Positions 13,807-26,700 of a DNA stretch of 64,000 bases are shown piece by piece. The DNA lies in contig OZ024742.1 of assembly GCA_964016885.1 (NCBI GenBank), positions 18,600,001 to 18,664,000 on the forward strand, in the 5' to 3' direction. This DNA comes from Eledone cirrhosa. Its lineage: Eukaryota. Numbering within the stretch: the first letter of the stretch is position 1; every line of letters starts with the position of its first letter. Made by a program: the position numbers and the translations under genes. The notes under the pieces are model-generated. The model was not told the origin of the DNA. It did not search any database and saw only the letters and a program-made list of their open reading frames with translations.

Positions 13807-14535
13807 CATACTAAAAAAGCCTACTTCAAAAATTACTGACTATTCATAAATGTACGTAAAATACAGCTTGCATACAAATTGAGAGATCAATTAATTGAAA
13901 TACGAAAGTATTGCATATTTTACAATTTAATTTTCAAAATATTATTTTAGACACTTTTCAAAATGTCAAATTTGATTTTGATTTTCTTTGAGAATATTTA
14001 CATCGTTATTAAAATATCCATCACGTATGTAAAACTTTTAAGTTGTCAGACCCAGCTGGAGGTAATTAGGTTGGTATACAGGAATTTTAATTAACTTTCA
14101 TCAAATAGTGTTCAGAAGAATTGAGTACGAATTATTGTGTGATTATTTAGCCCTCCTGCACATGCTTATAGATGATTATTACCTGTTTCTTAATAAAAGA
14201 GACAAAGATAGAACTTTTTATCTGAGATCTTATTAAATATTCTATGTAAAATGTTAATGATCTGACAAAAATGTTAGAATGTATTTCAAGTGTCGTGTTT
14301 TTTAATGGTAAAACATCGTTACAATATCTTTTAAATTTATGAAAAAAAATTGACTTCTAATTAGTTTGTGCTAGTCTACATGATATGAGTAATTATTAAT
14401 TTTCCTACAGATAATTATTATCTGTTTCATATTAGAACAGACGAAGCTAGACCTTTTTTATCTCAGATTTTAAATAGTCTAGATAAAATGTTGATTTAAA
14501 CACCCCCCCCCCCCCCCAAGAAAAAGAAAGAAAAT

Positions 14536-14751
14536 GGTTTCTGATTTAGGCAAAAGGCCAACAATTTTTGGAGGAGAGAGTCGACTAAATCAACCTCCAA
14601 TGCATTACTGATACTTTATTTTATCGACCCGGTAAGGATGAAAGGCAAAGCTAACCTCGATGGGATTTGGACTCAGAATATAAAGGGACGAAACTATATG
14701 CCACAAAGTATGTTGCGCGACGCTTTACCGATACTGCCAATCCAAGCCGCC
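14536..14751 (-). mobile_element. SINE family A abutting the RTE that hosts the satellite
   Basis: Reverse complement of the family A sequence. Its 5' end (ccaatccaagccgcc) overlaps the RTE IQAAD codons. Confidence 0.8.
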
Positions 14752-17700
14752 GACATATGGTTCCTCCGAAGCGTTTTTGGAGTAACGTTACTTGACAGAG
14801 TGTGTAGCTCGGAGATCAGAGAGTCACTCCAGTTAGAGCCGCGAGAGCATGTATCTCGGGGATCAGAGAGTCACTCCAGCTAGAGCAGCTAGAGCATGTA
14901 GCTCGATAATCAGAGAGTCACTTCAGTTTGAGCCGCTAGAGCATGTAGCTTGTGGATCAGTGTCACTTCAGTTTGAGCCGCTAGAGCATGTAGCTTGTGG
15001 ATCAGTGTCACTCCAGTTAGAGCCGCTAGAGCATGTAGCTCGGGGATCAGTGTCACTCCAGTTAGAGTTGCTACAGCATTTAGATCGGGGATCGGAGAGT
15101 CACTCCAGTTTGAGTCGCTATAGCATGTAGCACGGGGATCAGAGAGTCACTCCAGTTAGAGCCGCTAGAGCATGTAGCTCTGGGATCAGAGAGTCACTCC
15201 AGTTAGATCCGCTAGAGCATGTAGCTCAGGGATCTAAGAGTCACTACTGTTAGAGCCGCTATAGCATGTAGCACGGGGATCAGAGAGTCACTCCAGTTAG
15301 AGCCGCTAGAGCATGTAGCTCTGGGATCAGAGAGTCACTCCAGTTAGATCCGCTAGAGCATGTAGCTCAGGGATCTAAGAGTCACTACTGTTAGATCTGC
15401 TAGAACAGGTAGCTCGGGGATCAGAGAGTCACTCTAGTTAGTGCCGCTAAAGCATCTAGCTCAGGGATCAGAGAGTCACTCCTGTTAGTGCCGCTAGAGC
15501 ATGTATCTCGGGGATCAGGTAGTCACGCCAGTTAGAGCCGCTAAAGCATGTAGCTCGGGGATCGGAGAGCCACTCCAGTTAGAGCCGCTAAAGCATGAAG
15601 CTCGGGGATCAGAGACACACTCCAGTTAGAGCGTCTGAGCATGTAGCTCGGGAATCAGAGAGTCACTCTAGTTAGAGCCGCTAGAGAATGTAGCTCGGGG
15701 ATCAGAGAGTCACTCCAGTTAGAGCTACTAGAGCATGTAGATCGGGAATCGGAGAGTCACTCCAGTTTGAGCCGCTATAGAATGTAGCACGGGGATCAGA
15801 CAGTCACTCCAGTTAGAGCCGCTAGAGCATGTAGATCGGGAAGCAGAGTGTCACTTCAGTTTGAGCCGCTAGAGCATGTAGCTTGTGGATCAGAGAGTAA
15901 ATCCAGTTAAAGCCGCTAGAGCATGTATCTCGAGGGTCAAAGAGTCACTCCAGTTAGAGCCGCTAGAGCATGTAGCTCGGGGATCAGAGAGTCACTTCAG
16001 TTAGAGCTGCTAGAGCGTGTAGATCGGGGATCGGAGAGTCACTCCAGTTTGAGCCGCTATAGAATGTAGCACGGGATCAGAGAGTCACTCCAGTTAGAGC
16101 CGCTAGAGTATGCAACTCTGGGATCAGAGAGCCATTCCAGTTAGAGCCGCTAGAGCATCTAGCTAGGAGATCAGAGAGTCACTCCAGTTCGATCCGCTAG
16201 AGCATGTAGCTCGGGGATCAGAAAGTCACTCCAGTTAGAGCCGTAAGAGCATCTAGCTCGGGGATCAGAGAGTCACTCCCGTTAGATCCGCTAGAGCATG
16301 TAGCTCGGAGATCAGAGAGTCACTCCAGTGAGAGCCGCTAGAACATGTATCTCGGGGATCAGTGAGTCACTACAGTTTGAGCCGCTAGAGCATGTGGCTC
16401 GGGGATCAGTGAGTCACTTCAGTTAAAGCCGCTAGAGCGTGTATCTCGGGGATCAGAGTGTCACTCCAGTTAGTGCCGCTAGAGCATGTAGCTCGGGGAT
16501 CAGTGAGTCACTCCAGTTAGAGCCGCTGAGCATGTAGCTCAGGGATCAGAGAGTCCCTCTAGTTAGAGCCGCTAGAGCATCTAGCTCGGAGATCAGAGAA
16601 TCACTCCAGTTAGATCCGCTAGAACATGTAGCACGGGGATCAGAGAGTCACTCAGGTTAAAGCCGCTAGAGCATGTATCTTGGGGATCAAAGAGTCACTC
16701 CAGTTAGAGCCGTTGAGCATGTAGCTCGTGGATCAGTGTCACTCTAGTTAGAGCCGCTAGAGCATGTAGCTCGGGGATCGGAGAGTCACTCTAGTTGGAG
16801 CCGCTAGAGCATGTAGCTTGTGGATCAGAGAGTCAATCCAGTTTAAGCCGCTAGAGCATGTATCTTGGGGATCAAAGAGTCCCTCCAGTTAGAGCCGCTG
16901 AGCATATAGGTCGGAAATCAGATTGTCTTTCTAGTTAGAGCCGCTAGAGAATGTAGCTCGGGGATCAGAGAGTCGCTCTTGTTAGTGCCGCTAGAACATG
17001 TAACTCGGGGTTCAGAGATTCACACCACTTAGAGTCGCTAGAGCATGTAGCTCGGTGATCGGAGAGCCACTCCAATTAGAGCCGCTAAAGCATGAAGCTC
17101 GGGAATCAGAGAGTCACTCCAGGTTGAGCCGCTAGAGCATGTAGCTCGGGTATCAAAGAGACACTCTAGTTAGAGCCGCTAGAGCATCTAGCTAGGAGAT
17201 CAGAAAGTCACTCCAGTTCGATCCGCTAGAGCATATAGCTCGGGGATCAGAAAGTCACTCCAGTTAGAGCCGTAAGAGCATCTAGCTCGGGGATCAGAGA
17301 GTCACTCCAGTGAGAGCCGCTAGAACATGTAGCTCGGGAATCAGAGAGTTACTCCAGTTTGAGCCGCTAGAGCATGTGGCTCGGGGATCAGTGAGTCACT
17401 CCAGTTAAAGCCGCTAGAGCATGTATCGCGGGGATCAGAGAGTCACTCCAGTTAGAGCCGCTGAGCATGTAGCTCGGGGATCAGAGAGTCCCTCTAGTTA
17501 GAGCCGCTAAAGCATCTTGCTCGTTGATCAGAGAATCACTCCAGTTAGATCCGCTAGAACATGTAGCTCGGGGATCAGAGAATCACTCCAGTTAGAGCCG
17601 CTAGAACATGTAGCACGGTGATCAGAGAGTCACTCCAGTTAGAGCCGATAGAGCATGTAGCTCGGGGATCAGAGAGTCACTCCAGTTAGAACCGCTAGAG

Positions 17701-20700
17701 CATGTATCTCGGTGATCAGAGAGTCACTCCAGTTAGAGACGCTAGAGCATATAGCTCGGGGATCAGGGAGTCACTCCAGTTAGAGCCTCTAGAGCATGTA
17801 GCTCGGGGATCGGAGAGCCACTCCAGTTAGATCGGCTAGAGCATGTAGCTCGGGGATCAGAGAGTCACTCCAGTTAGAGCTGCTAGAATATATAGCTCGG
17901 GGATCAGAGAGTCACACAAGTTTGAGCCGCTAGAGCATGTAACTCGGGAATCAGAGAACCACTTTAGTTAGTGCCGCTAGAGCATGTAGCTGGGCGATAA
18001 GAGAGTCACTTCAGTATGAACTGCTAGAGCACGTAGGTCGGTGATCAGATAGTCACTCCAGTTAGAGCCCCTAGAGCATGTATCTCGAGGATCAGAGACT
18101 CACTCAAGTTACAGCCGCTAGAGCATGTAGCTCGGGGATCAGAAAGTTACTCCAGTTAGATCCGCTAGATCATGTAGCTCGGAGATCAGAGAATCACTCC
18201 AATTAGAGCCGCTAGAACATGTAGCTCGGGGATCAGAGAGTCACTCAAGTTTGAGCCGCTAGAGCATGTACCTGGGGGATCAGAGAATCACTCCACTTCG
18301 TGCCGCTAGAGCATGTATCTCGGGGATCAGGGAGTCACTCCAGTTAGTGCCGCTGAGCATGTAGCTCGGGGATCAGGAGTTACTCCAGTTAGAGCCGCTA
18401 GAGCATGTAGCTCGGGGATCAGATAGTCACTCTAGTTAGATGCGCTAGGGCATCTAGCTCGGGGATCAGGGAGTCACTCTAGTTAGATCCGCTAGAGCAT
18501 GTAGCTCGGGGATCAGAGAGTTACTCCAGTTAATGCCGCTGAGTATGTAGCTCGGGGATCAGAGAGTTACTCCAGTTAGAGCCGCTAGAGCATGTATCTC
18601 AGGGATCAGAGAGTCACTCTAATTAGATCCACTAGAGCATCTACCTCGGGGATCAGAAAGTCTCTCCAGTTAGATCCGCTAGAGCATGTAGCTCGGGGAT
18701 CAGGGAGGCACTCCAGTTAGAGCCGCTAGAGCATGTAGCGGGGGCATCAGAGAGTCACTTCAGTTAGATCCGCTAGATCATCTAGCTCGGGGATCAGAGA
18801 GTCACTCCAGTTAGAGCCGCTAGAGCATGTAGCTCGGGGATCAGAGAGTCATTATAGTTAGAGCCGCTAGAGCATGTAGCTTGTGGATCAGAGAGTCAAT
18901 CCAGTTTAATCCGCTAGAGCATGTATCTCGGGGATCAAAGAGTCACTCCAGTTAGAGCCGCTGAGCATATAGCTCGGAAATCAGATTGTCCTTCTAGTTA
19001 GAACCGCTAGAGCATGTAGCTCTGGGATCAGAGAATGACTCCAGTTAGTGCCGTTAGAGCATGTATCTCGAGGATCAGGGAGTTATTCCAGTTAGAGCCG
19101 CTAGAGCATGTAGCTCGGGGATCAGAGAGTCACTCCAGTTAGAGCCGCTAGAGCATGTAGCTCGGGGATCGGAGAGTCACTCCAATTTGAGCCGCTAGAG
19201 CATGTATCTCGGGGATCAGAGAATCACTCCAGTTAGAGCCGCTAGAGCATGTATCTCGGGGATCAGGGTGTCACTACAGTTAGTGCCGCTGAGCATGTGG
19301 CTCGGGGATCAGGAGTTACTCCAGTTAGAGCCGCTAGAGCATATAGTTCGGGGATAAGAGAGTCACTCCAGTTAGACCCGCTAGAGCATGTTGCGCGGGG
19401 ATCAGATAGTCACTCCAGTTAGAGCCGCTGAGTTGTAGCTCGCGGATCACATAGTCATTCTAGTTAGATGCGCTAGGGCATCTAGCTCGGAGATCAGAGA
19501 GTCACTCCAGTGACAGCCGCTAGAACATTTATATCGGGGATCAGAGAGTTACTACAGTTTGAGCCGCTAGAGCATGTGGCTCGGGGATCAGTGAGTCACT
19601 CCAGTTAAAGCCGATAGAGCATGTATCTCGGGGATCAGAGAGTCACTCCAGTTAGAGCCGCTGAGCATGTAGCTCGGGGATCAGAGAGTCACTCTAGTTG
19701 GAATCGCTAGAGCATGTAGCTCGGGGATCAGAGTGTCACTCCAGTTAGTGCCGCTAGAGCTTGTAGCTCGGGGATCAGTGAGTCACTCCAGTTCGAGCCG
19801 CTGAGCATGTAGCTCAGGGATCATAGAGTCCCTCTAGTTAGAGCCGCTAGAGCATCTAGCTCGGAGATGAGAGAATCACTCCAGTTAGATCCGCCAGAGC
19901 ATGTAACTCGGGGATCAGAGAATCACTCCAGTTAGAGCCGCTAGAACATGTAGCTCGGGGATCAGAGAGTCACTCAGGTTAAAGCCGCTAGAGCATGTAG
20001 CTCGGACATCAGGGAGTCACTTCAGTTTGAGCCGCTAGAGCATGTAGCTTGGGGATCAGAGCGTCACTTCAGATTGAGCCGATAGAACGTCACTTCAGAT
20101 CAGTGCCGCTAGAACATGTAACTCGGGGATCAGAGATTCACACCACTTAGAGTCGCTAGAGCATGTAGCTCGGTGATCGGAGACCCACTCCAATTAGAGC
20201 CGCTAAAGCATGAAGCTCGGGAATCAGAGAGTCACTCCAGGTTGAGCCGCTAGAGCATGTAGCTCGGGTATCAGAGAGACACTCTAGTTAGAGCCGCTAG
20301 AGCATCTAGCTAGGAGATCAGAAAGTCACTCCAGTTCGATCCGCTAGAGCATGGATCTCGGGGAACAGAAAGTCACTCCAGTTAGAGCCGTAAGAGCATC
20401 TAGCTCGGGGATCAGAGAGTCACTCCCGTTAGATTCGCTGGAGCATGTAGCTCGGAGATCAGAGAGTCATTCCAGTGGGAGCCGCTAGAACATGTAGCTC
20501 GGGGATCAGAGAGTCACTCCAGTTAGAGCCGCTGAGCATGTAGCTCGGGGATCAGTGGGTCACTCCAGTTAGAGTCGCTAGAGCATCTTGCTCGGGGATC
20601 GGAGAGTCACTCCAGGTAGGGCCGCTAGAGAATGTAGCTCGGGGATCGAAGAGTCACTCCAGGTAGGGCCGCTAGAGCATGTAACCCGGGAATCAGAGAG

Positions 20701-23700
20701 TCAATCCAGTTTAAGCCGCTAGAGCATGTATCTCGGGGATCAAAGAGTCACTCCAGTTAGAGTCGCTGAGCATATAGCTCGGAAATCATATTGTCCCTCT
20801 AGTTAGAGCCGCTAGAGCATGTAGCTCTGGGTACAGGGAATGACTCCAGTTAGTGCCGCTAGAGCATGCATCTCGAGGATCAGGGAGTTATTCCAGTTAG
20901 AGCCGCTAGAGCATGTATCTCGGGAATCAGAGAGTCACTCCAGTTAGTGCCGCTAGAGCTTGTAGCTCGGGGATCAGTGAGTCACTCCAGTTAGAGCCGC
21001 TGAGCATGTAGCTCAGGGATCATAGAGTCCCTCTAGTTAGCGCCGCTAGAGCATCTAGCTCGGAGATCAGAGAATCACTCCAGTTAGAGTCGCTAGACCA
21101 TGTATCTCGGGGATCAGAGAGTCATTCTAGTTAGATCCACTAGAGCATCTACCTCGGGTATTAGAGTCACTCCAGTGAGATCCGCTAGAGCATGTAGCTC
21201 GGGGATCAGAAAGTCTCTCCACTTAGATCCGCTAGAGCATCTAGCTCGGGGATCAGAGAGTCACTCCAGTTAGATCCGATAGAGCATGTAGCTCGCGGAT
21301 CAGAGAGTCTCTCTAGTCAGAACCGCTAGAGCATGTAGCTCGGGGATCAGAGAGTCACTCCAGTTAAAGACGTTAGAGCATATAGCTCGGGGATGAGGGA
21401 GTCACTCCAGTTAGAGCCTCTAGAGCTTGTAGCTCGGGGATCAGTGAGTCACTCCAGTTCGAGCCGCTGAGCATGTAGCTCAGGGATCATAGAGTCCCTC
21501 TAGTTAGCGCCGCTAGAGCATCTAGCTCGGAGATCAGAGAATCACTCCAGTTAGAGTCGCTAGACCATGTATCTCGGGGATCAGAGAGTCATTCTAGTTA
21601 GATCCACTAGAGCATCTACCTCGGGTATTAGAGTCACTCCAGTGAGATCCGCTAGAGCATGTAGCTCGGGGATCAGAAAGTCTCTCCACTTAGATCCGCT
21701 AGAGCATCTAGCTCGGGGATCAGAGAGTCACTCCAGTTAGATCCGATAGAGCATGTAGCTCGCGGATCAGAGAGTCTCTCTAGTCAGAACCGCTAGAGCA
21801 TGTAGCTCGGGGATCAGAGAGTCACTCCAGTTAAAGACGTTAGAGCATATAGCTCGGGGATGAGGGAGTCACTCCAGTTAGAGCCTCTAGAGCATGTAGC
21901 TCGGGGATCTGAGAGCCACTCCAGTTAGTTCGGCTAGAGCATGTAGCTCGGGGATCAGAGAGTCACTCCAGTTAGAGCTGCTAGAATATATAGCTCGGGG
22001 ATGGGAGAGTCACTCCGGTTAGACCCGCTAGAGCATGTAGCTCGGGGATCAGGGAGTCACTCTAGTTAGAACCGCTAGAGCATGTAACTCGGTGATCAGA
22101 GAGTCACTTCAGTTAGAACCGCTAGAGCATGTATCTCGTGGATCACTGAGTCACTCCAGTTAATACCGCTGAGTATGTAGCTCGGGGATCAGAGAGTTAC
22201 TCCAGTTAGAGCCGCTAGAGCATGTAGCTCGGGGATCAGGGGATCTCTCCAGTTAGAACCGCTAGACCATGTATCTCAGGGATCAGAGAGTCACTCCATG
22301 TTAGATCCAATAGAGCATCTACCTCGGGGATTAGACCAGGTAGCTCGGGGATCAGAGAGTCAATATAGTTAGAGCCGCTAGAGCATGTAGCTCGAGGATT
22401 TGAGAGTCACTCCAGTTAGATCCGCTAGATTATCTAGCTCGGGTATCAGAGTGTCACTCCAGTTAGAGCCGCTAGAGCATGTAGCTCGGGGATCAGGAGT
22501 TACTCCAGTTAGAGCCGCTAGAGCATATAGCTCGGGGATCAGAGAGTCACTCCAGTTAGACCCGGTAGAGCATGTAGCGCGGGGATCAGACAGTCACTCC
22601 AGTTAGAGCCGCTGAGATGTAGCTCGGGGATCAGATAGTCACTCTAGTTAGATGCGCTAGAGAATCTAGCTCGGGGATCAGGGAGTCACTTCAGTTAGAG
22701 TCGCTAGAGCATGCAGCTCGGGGATCAGAGGGTCACTCCAGTTTGAGCCGCTAGACCATGTATCTCAGGGATCAGAGCGTCACTCTAGTTAGATCCACTA
22801 GAGCATCTACCTCGGGGATTAGAGAGTCACTCCAGTTAGATCGGCTAGAGCATCTAGCTCGGGGATCAGAGAGGCACTCCAGTTATATTCGCTAGACCCG
22901 GTAGCTCGGACATCAGAGAGTCATTATGGTTTGAGCCTCTAGAGCATGTAGCTCGGGGATCAGAGAGTCACTCCAGTTAGATCCGCTAGATCATCTAGCT
23001 CGGGTATCAGAGAGTCACTCCAGTTAGAGCCCCTAGAGCATGTAGCTCGGGGATCAGAGAGTCACTCCAGTTTGAGCCGCTAGAGCATGTAGCGGGGGGA
23101 TCAGAGAGTCACTTCAGTTTGAGCCGCTAGATCATGTTGCTCCGGGATCAGAGAGTCACTCCAGTTAGAGACGCTAGAGCATGTAGCTCGTGGATCAGAG
23201 ATTCACTCAAGTTAGAGCCGCTAGAGCATGTATCTCGGGGATCAGAGAATCACTCCACTTCGTGCCGCTAGAGCATGTATCTCGGGGATCAGGGAGTCAC
23301 TCCAGTTAGTGCCGCTAGAGAATATAGCTCGGGGATCGGAGAGTCACTCCAGTTAGACCCGGTAGAGCATGTAGCGCGGGGATCAGACAGTCACTCCAGT
23401 TAGAGCCGCTGAGATGTAGCTCGGGGATCAGATAGTCACTCTAGTTAGATGCGCTAGGGCATCTAGCTCGAGGATTAGAGAGTCACTCAAGTTAGAGCCG
23501 CTTGAGCATGTATCTCGGGGATCAGGGGATCACTCCAGTTAGAACCGCTAGACCATGTATCTCAGGGATCAGAGAGTCACTCCAGTTAGATCCAATAGAG
23601 CATCTACCTCAGGGATTAGACCAGGTAGCTCGGGGATCAGAGAGTCAATATAGTTAGAGCCGCTAGAGCATGTAGCTCGAGGATTTGAGAGTCACTCCAG

Positions 23701-26700
23701 TTAGATCCGCTAGATTATCTAGCTCGGGTTTCAGAGAGTCACTCCAGTTAGAGCCGCTAGAGCATGTAGCGGGGGGATCAGAGAGTCACTTCAGTTTGAG
23801 CCGCTAGATCATGTAGCTCGGGGATCAGAGAGTCGCTCCAGTTAGAGACGCTAGAGCATGTAGCTCGTTGTTCAGAGATTCACTCAAGTTAGAGCCGCTA
23901 GAGCATGTAGCTCGTCGATCAGAGAGTCACTTCAGTTTGAGCCGCTAGAGCATGTAGCTTGTGGATCAGAGAGTCAATCCAGTTTAAGCCGCTAGAGCAT
24001 GTATCTCGGGGATCAAAGAGTCACTCCAGTTAGAGCCGCTGAGCATATAGCTCGGAAATCACATTGTCCCTCTAGTTAGAACCGCTAGAGCATGTAGCTC
24101 TGGGATCAGAGAATGACTCCAGTTAGTGCCATTAGAGCATGTATCTCGAGGATCAGGGAGTACTCCAGTCAGTGCCGCTGAGCATGTAGCTCGTGGATCA
24201 GACAGTTAGTCCAGTTAGAGCCGCTAGAGGAAGTAACTCGGGGATCAGAGAGTCACTCCAGTTAGAGCCGCTAGAGCATATATCTCGGGATCAGAGAATG
24301 ACTCCAGTTAGAGCCGCTGAGCACGTAGCTCAGGAATCAGAGACTCACTCCAGTTAGAGCCGCTAGAGCATGTAGCTCGGGGATCAGACAGTCACTCCAG
24401 TTAGTGTCGCTAAAGCATGTAGCTCGGGGATCAGCGAGTCACTCCAGTTAGAGCCGCTAGACCATGTATCTCGGGGATCAGAGAGTCACTCTAGTTAGAT
24501 CACTAGAGCATCTACCTCGGGTATTAGAGAGTCACTCCAGTGAGATCCGCTAGAGCATGTAGCTCGGGGATCAGAGAGTCATGCCAGTTAGATCCGATAG
24601 AGCATGTAGTTCGCGGATCAGAGAGTCACTCTAGTTAGAACCGCTAGAGCATGTAGCTCGGGGATCAGAGAGTCACTCCAGTTAGATCCGATAGAGCATG
24701 TAGCTCGGGGATCAGAGAGTCACTCTAGTTAGAGCCGCTAGAGCATGTAGCTCGAGGATCAAAGAGTCACTCCAGTTAGTGCCGCTTGAGTATGTAGCTC
24801 GGTGATCAGAGAGTCACTCCAGTTATATCCGCTAGACCAGGTAGCTCGGGGATCAGAGAGTCACTCCAGTTAGAACCGCTAGAGCATGTAGCTCGAGGAT
24901 CAGAGAGTCACTCAAGTTAGAGCCGCTAGAGCATGTATCTCGGTGATCAGAGAGTCACTCCAGTTAGAGCCGCTGAGCATGTAGCACGGGGATCAGAGAG
25001 TCACTCCAGTTAGAGCCGCTAGAGCATATAGCTCGGGGATAAGGGAGTCACTCCAGTTAGAGCCTCTAGAGCATGTAGCTCGGGGATCGGAGAGCCACTC
25101 CAGTTAGATCGACTAGAGCATGTAGCTCGGGGATCAGAGTGTCACTCCAGTTAGAGCCGCTAGAATATATAGCTCGGGGATGAGAGAGTCACTCAAGTTT
25201 GAGCCGCTAGAGCATGTAACTCGGGAATCAGAGAACCATTCCATTTAGTGCCGCTAGAGCATGTAGCTGGGGGATCAAAGAGTCACTTCAGTATGAACTG
25301 CTAGAGCATGTAGGTTGGTGATCAGAGAGTCACTGCAGTTAGAGCCGCTGAGCATGTAGCACGGGGATCAGAGAGTCACTCCAGTTAGAGCCGCTAGAGC
25401 ATATAGCTCGGAGATCAGGGAGTCACTCCAGTTAGGGCCGCTAGAGCATGTAGCTCGGGGATCAGAATTTCACTGCAGTTAGATCCGCTAGAGCATGTAC
25501 CTCGGGGATCAGAGAGTCACTCCAGTTAGAGCCGCTAGAGCATGTAGCTCGGGGATCAGAATTTCACTCCAGTTAGAGCCGCTAGAGCATGTAGCTCGGG
25601 GATCAGAGAATCACTCCATTTAGAGCCGCTAGAACATGTAGCTCGGGGATCAGAGAGTCACTCAAGTTTGAGCCGCTAGAGCATGTACCTCGGGGATCAG
25701 AGAATCACTCCAGTTCGTGCCGCTAGCGCATGTATCTCGGGGATGAGGGAGTCACTCCAGTTAGAGCCGCTTGAGCATGTAGCGGGGGGATCAGAGAGTC
25801 ACTTCAGTTTAGCCGCTAGATCATGTAGCTCGGGGATCAGAGAGTCACTCCAGTTAGAGACGCTAGAGCATGTAGCTCGTTGTTCAGAGATTCACTCAAG
25901 TTAGAGCCGCTAGAGCATGTAGCTCGTCGATCAGAGAGTCAATCCAGTTTAAGCCGCTAGAGCATGTATCTCGGGGATCAAAGAGTCACTCCAGTTAGAG
26001 CCGCTGAGCATATAGCTCGGAAATCAGATTGTCCCTCTAGTTAGAACCGCTAGAGCATGTAGCTCTGGGATCAGAGAATGACTCCAGTTAGTGCCATTAG
26101 AGCATGTATCTCGAGGATCAGGGAGTACTCCAGTCAGTGCCGCTGAGCATGTAGCTCGTGGATCAGACAGTTAGTCCAGTTAGAGCCGCTAGAGGAAGTA
26201 ACTCGGGGATCAGAGAGTCACTCCAGTTAGAGCCGCTAGAGCATATATCTCGGGATCAGAGAATGACTCCAGTTAGAGCCGCTGAGCACGTAGCTCAGGA
26301 ATCAGAGACTCACTCCAGTTAGAGCCGCTAGAGCATGTAGGTCGGGGATCAGAGAGTCACTCCAGTTAGAACCGCTAGAGCATGTATCTCGGGGATCAGA
26401 GAGTCACTCCAGTTAGAACCGCTAGAGCATGTATCTCGGGGATCAGAGAGTCACACCAGTTAGAGCCGCTGAGCATGTAGGTCGGGGATCAGAGAGTCAC
26501 TCCAGTTTGAGCTGCTAGAGCATGTAGCTCGGGGATCAAAGAGTCACTCCAGTTAGTGCCGCTTGAGTATGTAGCTCGGTGATCAGAGAGTCACTCCAGT
26601 TATATCCGCTAGACCAGGTAGCTCGGGGATCAGAGAGTCACTCCAGTTAGAACCGCTAGAGCATGTAGCTCGAGGATCAGAGAGTCACTCAAGTTAGAGC

